DNA of 64,000 nt, from the NCBI GenBank assembly GCA_002269645.1, contig NIVC01000016.1, positions 434,001 to 498,000 of the forward strand, written 5' to 3'. This document shows positions 33,770 to 46,655 of the stretch, piece by piece. The number at the start of each line of letters is the position of its first letter. Within the stretch, counting starts at the first letter, position 1. A model generated the notes under the pieces. That model saw only the letters and a program-made list of their open reading frames with translations. It had not been told where the DNA came from and made no database searches. The DNA comes from Macrostomum lignano. Taxonomy: Eukaryota. A program made the position numbers and the translations under genes.

Positions 33770-36700
33770 TTAGTTAGGCGTGTGCCATTGCTTTTCGGTG
33801 ATCTTCAAGGCTGGGCTTAAACGCTGGGGGTGATTAAAAAACCCGGAAATGTAAAATACGGTTGCTGAAACGGTAAATGTTCTTTTGTGACAGTGCAAAG
33901 GAGGTGTGTGCCAACGATACATTCTTGAACTTTAGACCAAAATACTACACAAAGGTAAAAAAAATTGGCTGCTGTTAGGCTTTAAGACTTTTTTGTTCGG
34001 TGTGAAAGGTAAAAATCCAGACTTTTTCAAACACAAATCGGTTGCTGAAATTTATTCAGCGTGGCACAGTTGTGCCAACTTGAAAATATTGACCTAAACG
34101 AAGGTATCGATGTGTTCCACACTTCAGAATACATTTAACCGCAACATTTCACACTTTTTTGGCAATTTTGTTGTGAGCAGAGAATCGGAGCATAATTAGC
34201 ACAAATATTTTCGTTGCATGAATCATTGATCAAGCTCTTGTATGAATATAGTGAGCAAAACTTATGCAGATAAAAGAAATAGTACGAAGAATAAAATTCT
34301 TTACCATTTGGTTAGCAGCATAAAGCTTTTTTATGCTGCTGTTTGTTTACTTCAGCAGAAATGAATAAATTCAAAATTTCAGACGTGAGCGGTATCGGGC
34401 ATCAAAAGACGCAAATAGATATGATCGGCATGAATAGCAAATGAAAATTAAATTCATTCATGACCGATTTGAATTTTGTAAAAAATATCGATGTAATACG
34501 TACTGATACTTTATATCAATGTCTAATTGTACAGGACGAACATGATATTCAGACTTACCTACCTACCTACCTGTACATGAAATTTCAATTTCAGGACCTT
34601 TCAGTTTTGGTGAACCATGGCGGATGATTCTTTAAGTAAGTTTACTATGGCTCTGAATCTGCGGCGTGAAAGGCGCAGTAGATATCCTTATATTGGCTCT
34701 TATATTAGCCTTATAAGAGTACAGTACATGTATATTCGTTTTCTCCGCCTCTCCTTATTCTAGAACAGCAACTGACTCGTTCAAGTCTGCTTGATTTCTT
34801 CAAGGTGTGCGGCATTGACCCTGAGGAGTATATTTGTTCTCCACTTCCTAGCCATTGTCGGTCAGATGACGATCGCTTGCCGCGTCTCTGCCGATTTTTT
34901 CACGTTCCTCTTTCTGCTGCGAACAAAAATACGCCTATAAGTTTCTGCTACGTCATTACAAGGACATTTCTGAAGACGTTCCCATCGAAACAGCTGAATG
35001 TAACGCAGACTCTTCAGCTGATGAGACGTGCTGCGGGTAAGATAGCATTTTTATGCTTTACTTACTATTTTTGCACGCCTGTTGCGAACTGTCCGTGCCC
35101 TTTATTTAGTCAGATGACATTGGCACTGACAATGTCTTTTTTTAAAACCATCTCTTTTCAGTTCTTCCTCCTCGACAATTCTGCCTATCTTTCACCAGAG
35201 CTTCAGCGAGCCCGCGGGACTTCTCCGTGACGGTGTTTTAAAGCCAGATTGGTTTAGCGACGTGGTTTGCCTTTTTGCTCATTCGGTTGAACCATGCTGT
35301 CTCGCAAAAAAAGTAGGAAAGTTTCGCAAAAAGACAGGAATTCATTACGCTTATGTCTACTGCTGCGAGCCTACCTGTCCAGCAACGTTTATCATGGAAG
35401 CTTAAGATGCAAGTTTGACATCATGGGAGCTCCAAACAGTCACTGCACCGTTGGAGAACCACCCTGCGGTTCGAAGTCGGCGGCTGACTGGTGAACGGCG
35501 TTATCAGCTCGCGAGATCGACGCTGGTTTCGAATTCTTACAGGGTCGCCGCGGCCATTGCTGCCAACGAACTCCTCAGTGAGGTGCCTTTGTCGGAGGCC
35601 ATACGCATTGCAGCTGAGCGACTGCGCAGAGCTGAGCTGGGATGTCCAGACATGGATGACCTGCTAGAACTGCGCCGACTTGAGAAGGTCCTACAACCTG
35701 CGTATATTAGAAAGGTTATCCAGAGTGAGGGTCGAGTCGAGAGCATCGTTCTATTTCATTTCCGTCCCTTTCAGAGTCTACGGGAGATGCAGCTGAGGGG
35801 CTGGCCCATACATATGGGAATGGATTCAACTGGTGCTCCAATCCATCAGCGCCCCAGCAGTTGCACCAAGCCCATCTACTATCACGCTCTGGTGCTTCAG
35901 AACCCAACTGTCGGTGGAAAAATGATGCCAGTTTTAGAAGTTCTGACGACAAACCAGACAGGTATCACTCTTGCGTTTTTGCCTGGATATTTGGCTTAAA
36001 GAGTGCAAGACTGCCTTGCCCACGCTACGAGTCTCGCAGGTGGTTACAGATTTTAATTTCGCCACCTTACACGCTCTTATCGGCTCCTTTCACAATTAAA
36101 ATATCTGAAGGAATGTTTTCGCAATTTATTTGGAGAAGTGACTCGGATCATCTACCGATCGTTGGTCTTGGCCGAAGCCACCTGGTCAAGGAGATGACGC
36201 GTCTAAAGGAGGTCACCAGTTGCAGAAACAAGGCGGTCAAGCAATTCTGGTTACGCTCGATGGCCTGTCTAATTACTGTCAACAGTCTTCAAGCCGCAGA
36301 TAGGCTGCTGACAGCACTATACCTTCTTCTTAGTTCCCCAACGGAGGCTACAGTGGAAGCAGTTGACCGCAGACTAAAATGCTCTCCTAAGGAATTTCTT
36401 AAAATGTCAAGCAACGCCGATAGTGTCAGCATACGAGATTTTGATATAGATCAGCAGGACTTTGAAGAGTCACTTGCAGTCGACGTGATCCCTTCAGGCG
36501 AAACTATCATGCGACAGTCTCCATTCTGGCAGCGAGCCGAGCGCATTCGTCAAGAAGTGCTTCGAGAAGTAACCAATCCATTATTCAATGAGCAACATGA
36601 CAATCTTAACGTTTACATGTGCCTTGATCTAGCTAAACGCATTACCAATATGTTCATGCCCTATCTTCCTCTAATCAGCGGCATTATGCCTGGCAGCTCA

Positions 36701-38790
36701 TGGTTCACCAAAGGTCACACTGAACACTGGATGGGCTTATTAAAGCACCAGGTTTTCGAAAATAAGACAGTTGGACTATCCAAGTTCATCCAGACTCTTC
36801 ATGCGCACCACAACGGCAATGAAGTGCTGTTCAAAAGAGATCTGGGATGCACAATTTCAGCGTCATCCCTGCAGCCACTGCTGGGATCTGCATCAGTGCC
36901 ATCCCCACAGCCACCGCTGGAATCCGCATCAGCGCCATTCTCGCAGCTACCACCAGAATCCACATCAGCGCCATCCTCGCAGCCATTGCGATCAGGTGCG
37001 CCGTAGTGAACCTATGTTTGAGATGAACCCTCCTCCGGTTCTGGTAATCTCCTCCACGGACGCCATTTTTGGGCATTGGCCAAGCAGTCCTTTCTCAAGT
37101 AGTACACCTGTTTCCGAATAGTAACATCCGGTAAGATAAAATTTGTGATAGCCATCATACTTCAACATATCATCAGACAGTATGTAATCTGCAAAATGTA
37201 CTTTTAAAGGTATGTGCTTCGAGCTACAACCTACAGGAATGGGGCCCACTATCTGTCTAGAATCTGGTGCGCCATAGGCACAATTTGATACAACAACCTA
37301 GCAAGAAATAGGGGAGTTATGGCTGCTGCAATCGAACGTGGGCGCCAGCCGGCACTTGGAAACAGAGTAAACCTGTACATCTACACCATTTCACATTGCG
37401 AGCAGCCATAATATTATTATCTTTATTCAATGCCAATAAATTGACTAGACATTGTTGCTATAAATTGACTAGAAAACACTTTTCCGTACTTTCATTTTCA
37501 GGCAGCTTTTTAAAACTTATTTTTGCTTACATATACATACTCATACTACACGCGCCACGATATTACGGGTTTCGTACCTTATACTTGTTCTCGAACTTCA
37601 ATGTTATGTTTCTGTAGTCATTGTAAAGAACTTTTACCCAGACACAATGACAAACCAAAATGGTCATTATTACACACTTTTTCAATCTAGTAAAGGTTGT
37701 GTCATTTGCAACTCGCCAGGCATTTATTTTTAGCTAATTTAATAATCAGCAATTTTATTACGCAACATACAGTTCTTCCAAACAAGCAAAAAATCAATAA
37801 CATTAAAATTAGACAAAAAGGTTGCAAGAAAACACAGTAAAATTCTGAGAGATAATAGCCAAGAGATAAGAAGAGAAGAGGAAAGGAGAGGGGAGGAGAG
37901 AGAGGAGGAGGGAAGAAGAGAAGAGAGAAGAGAAGAGAAAGGAGAATAAGTTGCCTTATCAATATGATCTTATCTATTTGACCCCCAGCATGCGTAATCA
38001 ATTTACACCATACCCTTTGCCAATTAGATCACCCACCCCATCTCTCATCCAATCAAATCAAATTTTAAAAATGTGAAATAATGGCCACTCTAAAGTGTGG
38101 AATAATGACCGCAAAAGTGTATTAATTTGACCGGTGTGTTGGATAAAAATTCTTTTACAATGAATAAAAAATTAACATAGAATCCTAATTTTCTGAACAA
38201 AAAGCTTTATAAATATCAATAAAGCAATAAAAAAGGCACAACATATCAAAAGATAAACACTGGATCTGCCTCCTATCAAATGCAATAACAATTTTTGTGC
38301 TGAAAAATGAAAACTTCTTATCTCTGTAGTGTATTTTTTTGGGAAAAAGTGCCTTCAAAACTTTTCTAAGAAACAAGGTTTCCCATCCTTTTACTTAAGT
38401 CATCCTTGCTAAAATATTGCAGAGAAATGCAATGTGGTTTATGGCACACTTGGTTTCCTTCATCTAGAATAAAGATTTCAAGCTGGCACAACTGTGCCAC
38501 TCTGATTTTGGATCAGCAGCCACTTTTCTTGCAAAATATTCACTTTTTGCATCTTTTACTTTGAATGAAAGAAACACTATATGTTGATTACCCAAATTTT
38601 ATTGCCCAAAAGTACTTTTCTGGTCCCTAGTTTATGAATTTGGGATTGGCACACACCTATTCACTGTCATGTCACACAATCATAGCAACCATTCCAGCAA
38701 CTGGTATTTTTGCATTTCAGAATTTTAAATCCTTACAGCATTGAAGGCCAGCCTACAAGGTCATCAAAAAGTGATGGCATATACATAACT
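33770..38790 (+). mobile_element. MULE of the NOF/Foldback type with ~380-bp diverged TIRs
   Basis: 33770-34150 aligns by eye to the reverse complement of 38410-38790 (for example gtggcacagttgtgcca.cttgaaa). No TSD found. Confidence 0.75.
34800..37006 (+). pseudogene. NOF-like MULE transposase (frameshifted)
   Basis: MDSTG..YYHALVL..PVLEVLT (D1), VVTDFNFATLHALIGSF (D2), GRSHLVK, SPFW, YLPLISG, HTEHWMGLLK (E). The C-terminus has a 36-bp x ~3.5 repeat. Confidence 0.75.
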
Positions 38791-38809
38791 GGCAACTATT
38801 TATGTTATT

Positions 38810-39555
38810 TAACTATTTCTAGAGATGGCACAGTCAATTGAAAAAAAATTGGTAACTGGAGTGGCTGCTATGGATCTGTAAGTTAGCAAACAATGCAGAT
38901 GCTAAAGCTGTGAGAACTGTAGCAATTGCTATGAAAAATAGACTTAATAATAAGAAGGATTCAAATACTGGATACATTAGGAAGCTTAAACTTACAACAA
39001 TGTCACTAATGCTCCAAACAGAGGTGGACAATCAAACTATCATTAACACCCTCATTGGGTTCCTTAATTGGCAGAAGATTAGCAAAGGAATTAAATACAA
39101 ATTTACATGGACAAGAAAGACTAGCAATGCTGAAATTTCTTTGGAGCTGCCGAAATGGAAGCTAAGTTAACTATTAATAGCTTTGAGATTTAGATCTTTT
39201 TGCTATTACTTTGTTACCCAGTGCTGAAACAGCTTTTCTAAAATCACTCAATAAGGACATTACTGTATCATTTCTAGAGAGGATAATGGTTGCGCCACAA
39301 CTCATCCAAGGAAGCCCATATACATGGAACATAGCCAACATTTCCAATATGCCACTTGCAATCTTTGTAGCTTTCAAATATGATGTAAACAACCCATTAT
39401 ATATAGTTAATGATCACAAGTATGTGTCTAATGAGACTGGAGCAAATGTAGTAAAAATAACACAGCTTCAAGTCAGATTAAATCAGGTGATATATCTATA
39501 TGACTTTGTTGAAATTGATTTAGTAGCTCAAGTCCAGAAGCATAGACAATTATAG
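38810..39555 (+). pseudogene. Maverick major capsid protein, C-terminal part
   Basis: NTGYIRKL, LIGFLNWQKISKGIKYKFTWTRK, ITVSFLER, YTWNIA..PLAIFVAF, LQVRLNQVIY. Confidence 0.65.
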
Positions 39556-40404
39556 ACAGGGGGAAATACGCCTATGACATTTAAAACATTTGTCAAGCTC
39601 TTTGTTTTATTGTCATTTACTTATTACTAAAAACATTTCAAAAGCCTATAAGTAATATATAAAAAAAAGAGTTTTTAGATATTTTTCAAAACAAAATAAA
39701 AAATGCAAAATGCAACTAATTTAAAAATTATAGCCTCTCGGGGAGACATAGGCCTATTTAATGACCAAATATAATTATATACTAACCATACATGCCCAAT
39801 ACCTGTCTGACCTGTCCAAACTGGACAAATGAAATAGCCGCCGGCCAAGGTAAGTCGCAAAATTGAAAATGCAAAAAAAAATTGGAAAAAAAGAAAGGAG
39901 AAGAAGAGAAAAAGAAAAGAAAGAAGAGAGAAAAGAGATAAGGAAAGAGGAGAGTGAAAGAGAAAGAGAAGAAAAGAGAAAAAGACAAGAAAAGTCATAC
40001 AAAGTGAAAATTAAGTTGCAATCGGGGGAACTAAGCCCTAAGTCACAATTAAGAAGAACTAGGTCACAATCAGGACAAACTAAGTTGCAAATCTGGACAA
40101 AACTAAGTTGCACTGGATGGGTGAAATTTTGAGGTTGGGCATGTATGATACTAACTTACAGCTTACAGAAAGTAGGCCTATAACTATTAGTTCTAGTGAC
40201 AATTTTAATATCCTATCTACAAGACTAAACTACAAGTTATAGGCCTAATTATAGGTTAACTTTCTATTACTTTACTAACTTACTATAGGCCTAGTTTGGC
40301 AAATAAGATGCAGATTCATACTCAAAAGAGGTTAAAACTGGTTAAGATAGGCCCCTAAGAGGAATTGATAAGATAGAGAGAGCTTCCATTTCTATAAATT
40401 ATCC

Positions 40405-41032
40405 GGCAACTGATCAAAAGGGCGACAGATGAAAAGGGTGACAGTTAAAAGGGCGACAGTCAAAAAGGCGACAGGGTATTAGACCAAGAACTACTTAAGT
40501 GGAAGGATGGGAAACCTCGTTTCTTAGAAAATCTTATAATCTTAGCAATAACAATTTTTGTGCTGACAATTTCAATGAAGCGCGAATGATCCCCGTACGG
40601 CCATAGAGGTGCAGCTCCTCTCCCAAGGAGTAATGCGCCGCGTACAGTGCAACAGATACTGAAGTATACAGGCCCAGTACTTCAAATACTAGAGAGAATT
40701 CAGGCGTGGCAACCGCTCGGTGGATGATCTACTGAAGGCGGTTAGTGAAATAAATGGACCTCACTGAACCACATTTTAACATTTAATAGTGTGTGAGTGT
40801 CCAATACATGTCCAGCTTTTATACAACCCCATTTTAACTGCTCGTACAATTTTAACAACGCATTTTAACAAATACAAGTATGATACATGTTTACTGCTTT
40901 TAACAAATACTTTTAATGTACGTGGAACTCGTATTTTCAATATAAATACACTATAAGTATAACTGTCGCCCTTTTGACTGTCGCCTTTTTAACTGTTGCC
41001 CTTTTGATCTGTCGCCCTTTTGACCTGTAGCC
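40405..41032. mobile_element. 628-bp non-autonomous TIR element (MULE/Phantom-like MITE) with an 8-bp TSD
   Basis: TSD AATTATCC at 40397-40404 and 41033-41040. The ~70-bp TIRs are built of four ~16-bp aaaagggcgacag subrepeats. Confidence 0.85.
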
Positions 41033-41362
41033 AATTATCCTACTCTTAGTCTTCCCTTCAAAGCAATAAGAAATAGGTTTGCCTTGTGGCCACATTGGTC
41101 TGTGGCCACCTTGGTCTGTCACCTCTATACCTATGGCTATGCCACTAAGGTTATAATAGACATAACTGCAGTGTATGTAGTAGCTATCATTATTCTTATT
41201 CTTATTTCTTTGTGCTAAAAAACTAAATTAGATTTAATTCAAGTTCACATCGAAAACTTACCCTCGCTGAAAAAACATATGGCCGTATGAATAAAGTAAG
41301 CCGTTGCTTAAACTCAAGCATCGACTCCGGTCTGGATGAATAATTAAGTGAGCAAGCAAGAG

Positions 41363-41723
41363 CTAAAACACGCACCGCCCCGCCCCACAGCGCTACACGT
41401 TAAAACAAATTGGACTATAACTGAAGACATTTCAAAATGCGTTTTATGTTAAGCTTCAAGCTTTTATTTAACTTAGTTTTTTACTTTAAAATATCAAATT
41501 CCGTGTATAATAAGTGATATTAATAATAATATTAATGAAATAATAATAATTTAATTTAATAATGCAAACGAGAATATGAAAAATAATAATAATATTTAAG
41601 GTAATAATTAAAGTTAATTATTATGTTACTCTTACAACCAATAGTTTTCTTTGCAATCGAAATACTGCATTGACAAAAATGTTATAATGTGTAGCGGTCG
41701 GGGCGGTGCGGTGCGTGTTTTAG
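41363..41723. repeat. ~38-bp inverted repeat pair around an AT-rich core (possible MITE)
   Basis: ctaaaacacgcaccgccccgcc..cgctacac versus gtgtagcgg..ggggcggtgcggtgcgtgttttag. No clear TSD. Confidence 0.6.
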
Positions 41724-42789
41724 GGAGACCCAAGAGCTCGTGAGCATTTGCTCTTTATGTAAAGTAAAATAAATCTTTAATGACATATTTTGATGTATCA
41801 TTTGAATGTACTTTTTATAATGTATCCTGCGTCCTGGAAATTATTTATTAATTATTTTAGTCAGTGTTTATTCAGTAGTGGATTTCCTTTTCCGCGATAC
41901 TTACTGTACGTACTTTATTACTATTGTTTTACTGTATGTTAATTCCTATCGTATTTGAAACGCGAATGCGCTTGTGTTTGAAGTGTTATAGTAGGGCGCG
42001 TTGTCTAGGCGCCTAGTAGTCGTAGAGTAGCCTAGTCGTTCCAGAATTCAAGTCCATCCAGTTTAAATGATAAATCTAATAACGTACTTTTATTGCAAAT
42101 AGTAGATTATACAAGTAAATATTATGAATTAAATTAAGGCGCATTGCACCCACCAAGCAAGGACGCATTCATTCATCCGTCTGTCATCACAACGAATATT
42201 GTTTAAATTGTTCGACCTTAAGAAGCTTATTTTACATTTAATTTATTCATACGGCCCATGGCCAAAGCGGCATTCCTTCGGTTAACGATCACCTGAACAT
42301 TGACGATCACCTCAAACAGTGACGATCACCACTAAAAACAGTTGTAAGAAAACTTAAAACCCGACGGTGATTTTCCAATGAAACGAAATCAAAAGTTGGC
42401 GAACTGAATTTGTTTATTTCAAAAGATGATCAGACTATCGTGCTTATATTTCACCTTCGGCTTCGGTTTACGATCACCCACACGTATATTGCCCATTGAA
42501 ATGATCGTGAACCGAATTGCTGGCCGTAGGAAAGCGTATCAAATACGACAAATCTCAGTCTTGTCTCAGTCAATTTTAACTATAGCTTCGATTGGTGGCA
42601 GCAAACTACCTTTCGTGATTTATATTATAGCATTGGGATTAATTATCGATTCGAGAGGGAACGCGACTCATCAAGAAATTATCGGTCGCACTCTATCAGA
42701 CCATCTCAGGGTACCGCTCTTCGGCTGGTGCAGAATAAGCAGTTTTGCCTTAGGCCCAAGCATCGCAGCTACGGCTAGTCAAAGTTATT

Positions 42790-43392
42790 TGTGATATCTG
42801 TCAGCGGAAATAGATTTCGCGAGCTAAGAGTTCGCGAACATTTAGCCCCAGTTAATCCGAGCCAGACGCTTAGTCATTACTGGTTAAAAGTCCAGGTGAT
42901 TCATAGTCTGCCAGCTAGCCCAGTGGAAATCTAGAATCTTAGAGAGACAGATAGCCCAGTGGAAATCTAGAATCCTAGAGAGACAGATAGCCTAGTGGAA
43001 ATCTAGATTCCTAGCTGAGAGACAGATAGCCCAATGGAAATCTAGATTCCTAGCTGAGAGACAGATAGCCCAATGGAAATCTAGATTCCTAGAGAGACAG
43101 ATAGCCCAGTGGAAATCTAGAATCCTAGAGAGACAAATAGCCCAGGGGAATTCTAGGACGGGCGAGACGTTTAGCCCAATTCCGCTTAATTAGGACCAAA
43201 TCGTTAGTCGGTGAGATGCTACTCGTTAGTAATAAGACACGAACTGGAGTTAATAAATCATCTTGCCAGTAACACGTCAAGTTTAATAAATTCAACGCCC
43301 GTTACATTTGGTGTTCAGCGATAGGATTAATAATTCGGGACAAGTTGTGATATAATTTAGGACCGATTACAATTGGTGGCACCGTGTAGGAT
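42790..43392 (+). mobile_element. LTR (TGT...ACA, 42790-43306) followed by two PBS-like motifs
   Basis: AATAAA at 43285, GTTACA end, then TGGTGTTCAGCGATAGGAT (43309-27) and TGGTGGCACCGTGTAGGAT (43374-92). Confidence 0.6.
42916..43155. repeat. 36/39-bp tandem repeat, ~7 copies, inside the LTR
   Basis: Unit tagcccagtggaaatctagaatcctagagagacaga starts at 42916, 42952, 42988, 43027, 43066, 43102 and 43138. Confidence 0.92.
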
Positions 43393-43699
43393 TTAAACAA
43401 GCCGTCAAATTTGCATAATTTTACACCTATTACACATGTACATCATTTAAAAAATCTGTATCTGCCCTTAATTTTATGAGTTTTCAGTGAGACTCCCACC
43501 AGTACCGTAGCTAGGATTTTGGAATGAATCCTCGGATACTCTGCATCCTCTGCAACCTTGCCTCGGCGAAACTGCTGACCGATGAGCTGCCGTTATGCAG
43601 TCGCCAGCATGCACCGGGTCGTCAGCCTGAGCCGCACTGATGGCAGCCTGTCAGGTGGCAGTCTGTCTGGTATAAATACAAGACAGAAGGCAGGAAGGC

Positions 43700-44947
43700 A
43701 TCACAAACCCGAAAAATCACAACTCCGAAAAGCGCCTTCCATCATAAACCCGAAATATCATAAACCAGAAATATTATAAACCCGAAATATCACAAACCCG
43801 AAATATCATAACTCCGAAAGTGTTAGAAACACACATAATAAACCCGAAATATCACAAACCCGAAATATCACAAACCCGAAATATCACAAACCCGAAATAT
43901 CATAAACCCGAAATATCACAAACCCGAAATATCACAAACCCGAAATATCATAAACCCGAAATATCATAAACCCGAAATATCACAAACCCGAAATATCATA
44001 AACCCGAAATATCACAAACTCGAAATATCACACACCCGAAATATCATAAACCCGAAATATCACAAACCCGAAATATCACAAACCCAAAATATCATAATCC
44101 CGAAATATCATAAACCCGAAATATCACAAACCCGAAATATCATAAACCCGAAATATCACAAACCCGAAATATCATAAACCCGAAATATCACAAACCCGAA
44201 ATATCACAAACCCGAAATATCATAACTCCGAAAGTGTTAGAAACACACATAATAAACCCGAAATATCACAAACCCGAAATATCACAAACCCGAAATATCA
44301 CAAACCCGAAATATCATAAACCCGAAATATCACAAACCCGAAATATCACAAACCCGAAATATCATAAACCCGAAATATCATAAACAAACCCGAAATATCA
44401 TAAACCCGAAATATCACAAACTCGAAATATCACAAAAATATCATAAACCCGAAATATCATAAACCCGAAATATCATATATAAACCCGAAATATCATAAAC
44501 CCGAAATATCACAAACCCGAAATATCATAAACAAACACAAACGAAATATCATAAACCCGAAATATCACAAACCCGAAATATCAAAATTCCCGAAATATCA
44601 CAAACCCGAAATATCATAAACCCGAAATATCATAAACCCGAAATATCACAAACTCGAAATATCACACACCCGAAATATCATAAACCCGAAATATCACAAA
44701 CCCGAAATATCACAAACCCGAAATATCATAAACCCGAAATATCATAAACAAATATCACAAACCCGAAATATCATAAACCCGAAATATCACAAACCCGAAA
44801 TATCACAAACCCGAAATGTCATAAACCCGAAATATCATAACTTCGAAAGAATGTAATGATAATGATATCGGGTTTATGATATTTCGGGTTCCAGCAATGT
44901 CCAATATTATTTTGGTTTTCGGTGTTATGATATTTCGGGTTTATGAT
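43700..44947. repeat. 16-bp minisatellite (aaacccgaaatatca[c/t]), ~70 copies, plus a few inverted copies
   Basis: Array at 43700-44850; reverse-complement units at 44862-44947. Confidence 0.95.
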
Positions 44948-45059
44948 TTAACTGCTAGTAAGTTAAGTTACTATTTCATTGATTGTGTCTATCACATGAT
45001 CTTATGCGCAAAAGAGTCCTCAGAAAGATTCATTTCATCACTCATATTTTCCGAAAAAA

Positions 45060-46440
45060 GCAAGAAGTTGACTGCATAGGTTTACAAACTCGCGTAAAAC
45101 CGCTTGCATTTCCAATTCGTCAATACGATTCTTGTGCATTTGCAGAAGAATGAAACTGTTGTACGTTTTCGCATTCATACTCCGCAGGTAATTACATGTA
45201 AGTCTTCACTCGCCTTTGGGCTGAGAAGGATCTCTCTGTTGTAGCTGTCTGATTCTGCTGCTCTTTTGCAATTTTGTCATGCAGAGACCCGCTAGCTTGA
45301 CTCCTGGCAGACTTTATTTCAAAATTTTGTGCAGCATGCACCATTGCGCTAGCAGGTTGTCAAGCATCCAGGTCAACTGTATTAAAGCCATCAGCAGCGT
45401 CGCTGGAATAGAATTCGGCGGTGTTCCATTGGCAGCTCCTATCAGTAGCCTCTCTATGTCGCTTAGTGTGTTATAGGTTCCCTGATCAAATCTGCCGTGC
45501 AGTTCCTGATTGAGGGCATCAATCACTATATATGTATAGTACTGCTGTCGATGGTCCTCCTCCTCAGTCGCCGGATGAGTTGAATCCATGGCTGCTTTCT
45601 TGCTGCAGCCGAATGGGAGCCCTAGCTGCGATCGCGAAACAATTTTGGCTCGATGCTGAATGCAGCCGCCCCCTCAACTGCAGCTTGATATCGCTCCATG
45701 AACATCAGTCGCTCTCGCAACAATGCGTCCTTCCGGCACTGCTCACCAGTGACAAACTTTCTGTACTCTCTGCAGAGCTCTGCAAGGTTACAGCTAGATG
45801 CTCGGAAAGTGAGAAGATCTCTTCTAGCTGTGCATGTGCACATTCCAAAGTAAATTGGAGAATCTCAAAAGCGAATTTTTCAGGTCTAATGCCGTAGATC
45901 GAACCTCCACGGGGGTTTCAGAGTCAGAAGCAATTTCGGATAGCCACTCGAACAGGAACACTGATTGGTAGCTGCATAGCAGAGGTGCTACATGCTTTGC
46001 TTCAAACAGTCCATCGAGTTGGACAAAGTAAACAAATGCTAAAATCGGCATAATCATCTATTATTGCATCACAGATGACGCGAAACTGCATGTCCAAATT
46101 GCTTCGGGGAAGCTAAGAAACATGCATGGCTATATCTCTTGAATTGTACTAAAAGCTGCACAGATGAAAATCGATTCTCCTTTGCGCACTTCTGTAGGGT
46201 CAGCTGCACGCATAATGATTTTCACAGTGAATTTTCAATGCCAGCGGTTGTTCTTTCCTAATGCGAGTGGCAGTGCCTGTCACGTACCCTTCCGCTCATG
46301 CTTGCTACACCATCTTACATGTAAGCTTGTCTTCTTAAATCATGCAGCAACAGTTAGGTTGCAGCTTAGTAGGACATTTTTCAGTGACGAAGTGACGGAT
46401 TTATCATCTATTCTGCATAATTCATACATACAATAGAGTA
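45060..46440 (-). pseudogene. hAT (Tip100/ZMYM1-like) transposase remnant
   Basis: Minus strand: ATRIRKEQPLALKIHCENH, LCPTRWT, IDALNQELHGRF, and TATTERSFSAQRRVKTY (dimerisation domain). Confidence 0.85.
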
Positions 46441-46655
46441 ATACTTTATCTTTAGTTTAATTTTGACAACCCAACCTAAGGACACTGACAATCTACGAGC
46501 TACATGTCTCGTATCTACTCCTTAATTTGCAGCTAACATCTCGAGATTCATCAGCAATCGAAAAGTCGGACTTTTCCGAAATTTTGTTTACCAACATTGA
46601 TCAAAGCATGACTTCCATCATTTCACTAATCATATCGGTGCTCAAATACTTTCAT

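Larger units (their letters stand above)
29157..39560 (+). mobile_element. Decayed Maverick/Polinton (adintovirus-like) element, interrupted by a MULE
   Basis: Same-strand PLA2, retroviral-like integrase, small core-like ORFs and major capsid fragments. No pPolB or packaging ATPase seen. Boundaries are uncertain. Confidence 0.8.

Noticed and set aside
39863-40132. Lys/Glu/Arg-rich ORF
   Set aside because: Low-complexity GA-rich tract.
42916-44850. Regular short repeats as a possible CRISPR array
   Set aside because: Head-to-tail tandem repeats with no unique spacers, no cas genes, eukaryotic context. The same applies to the 92-bp repeat.
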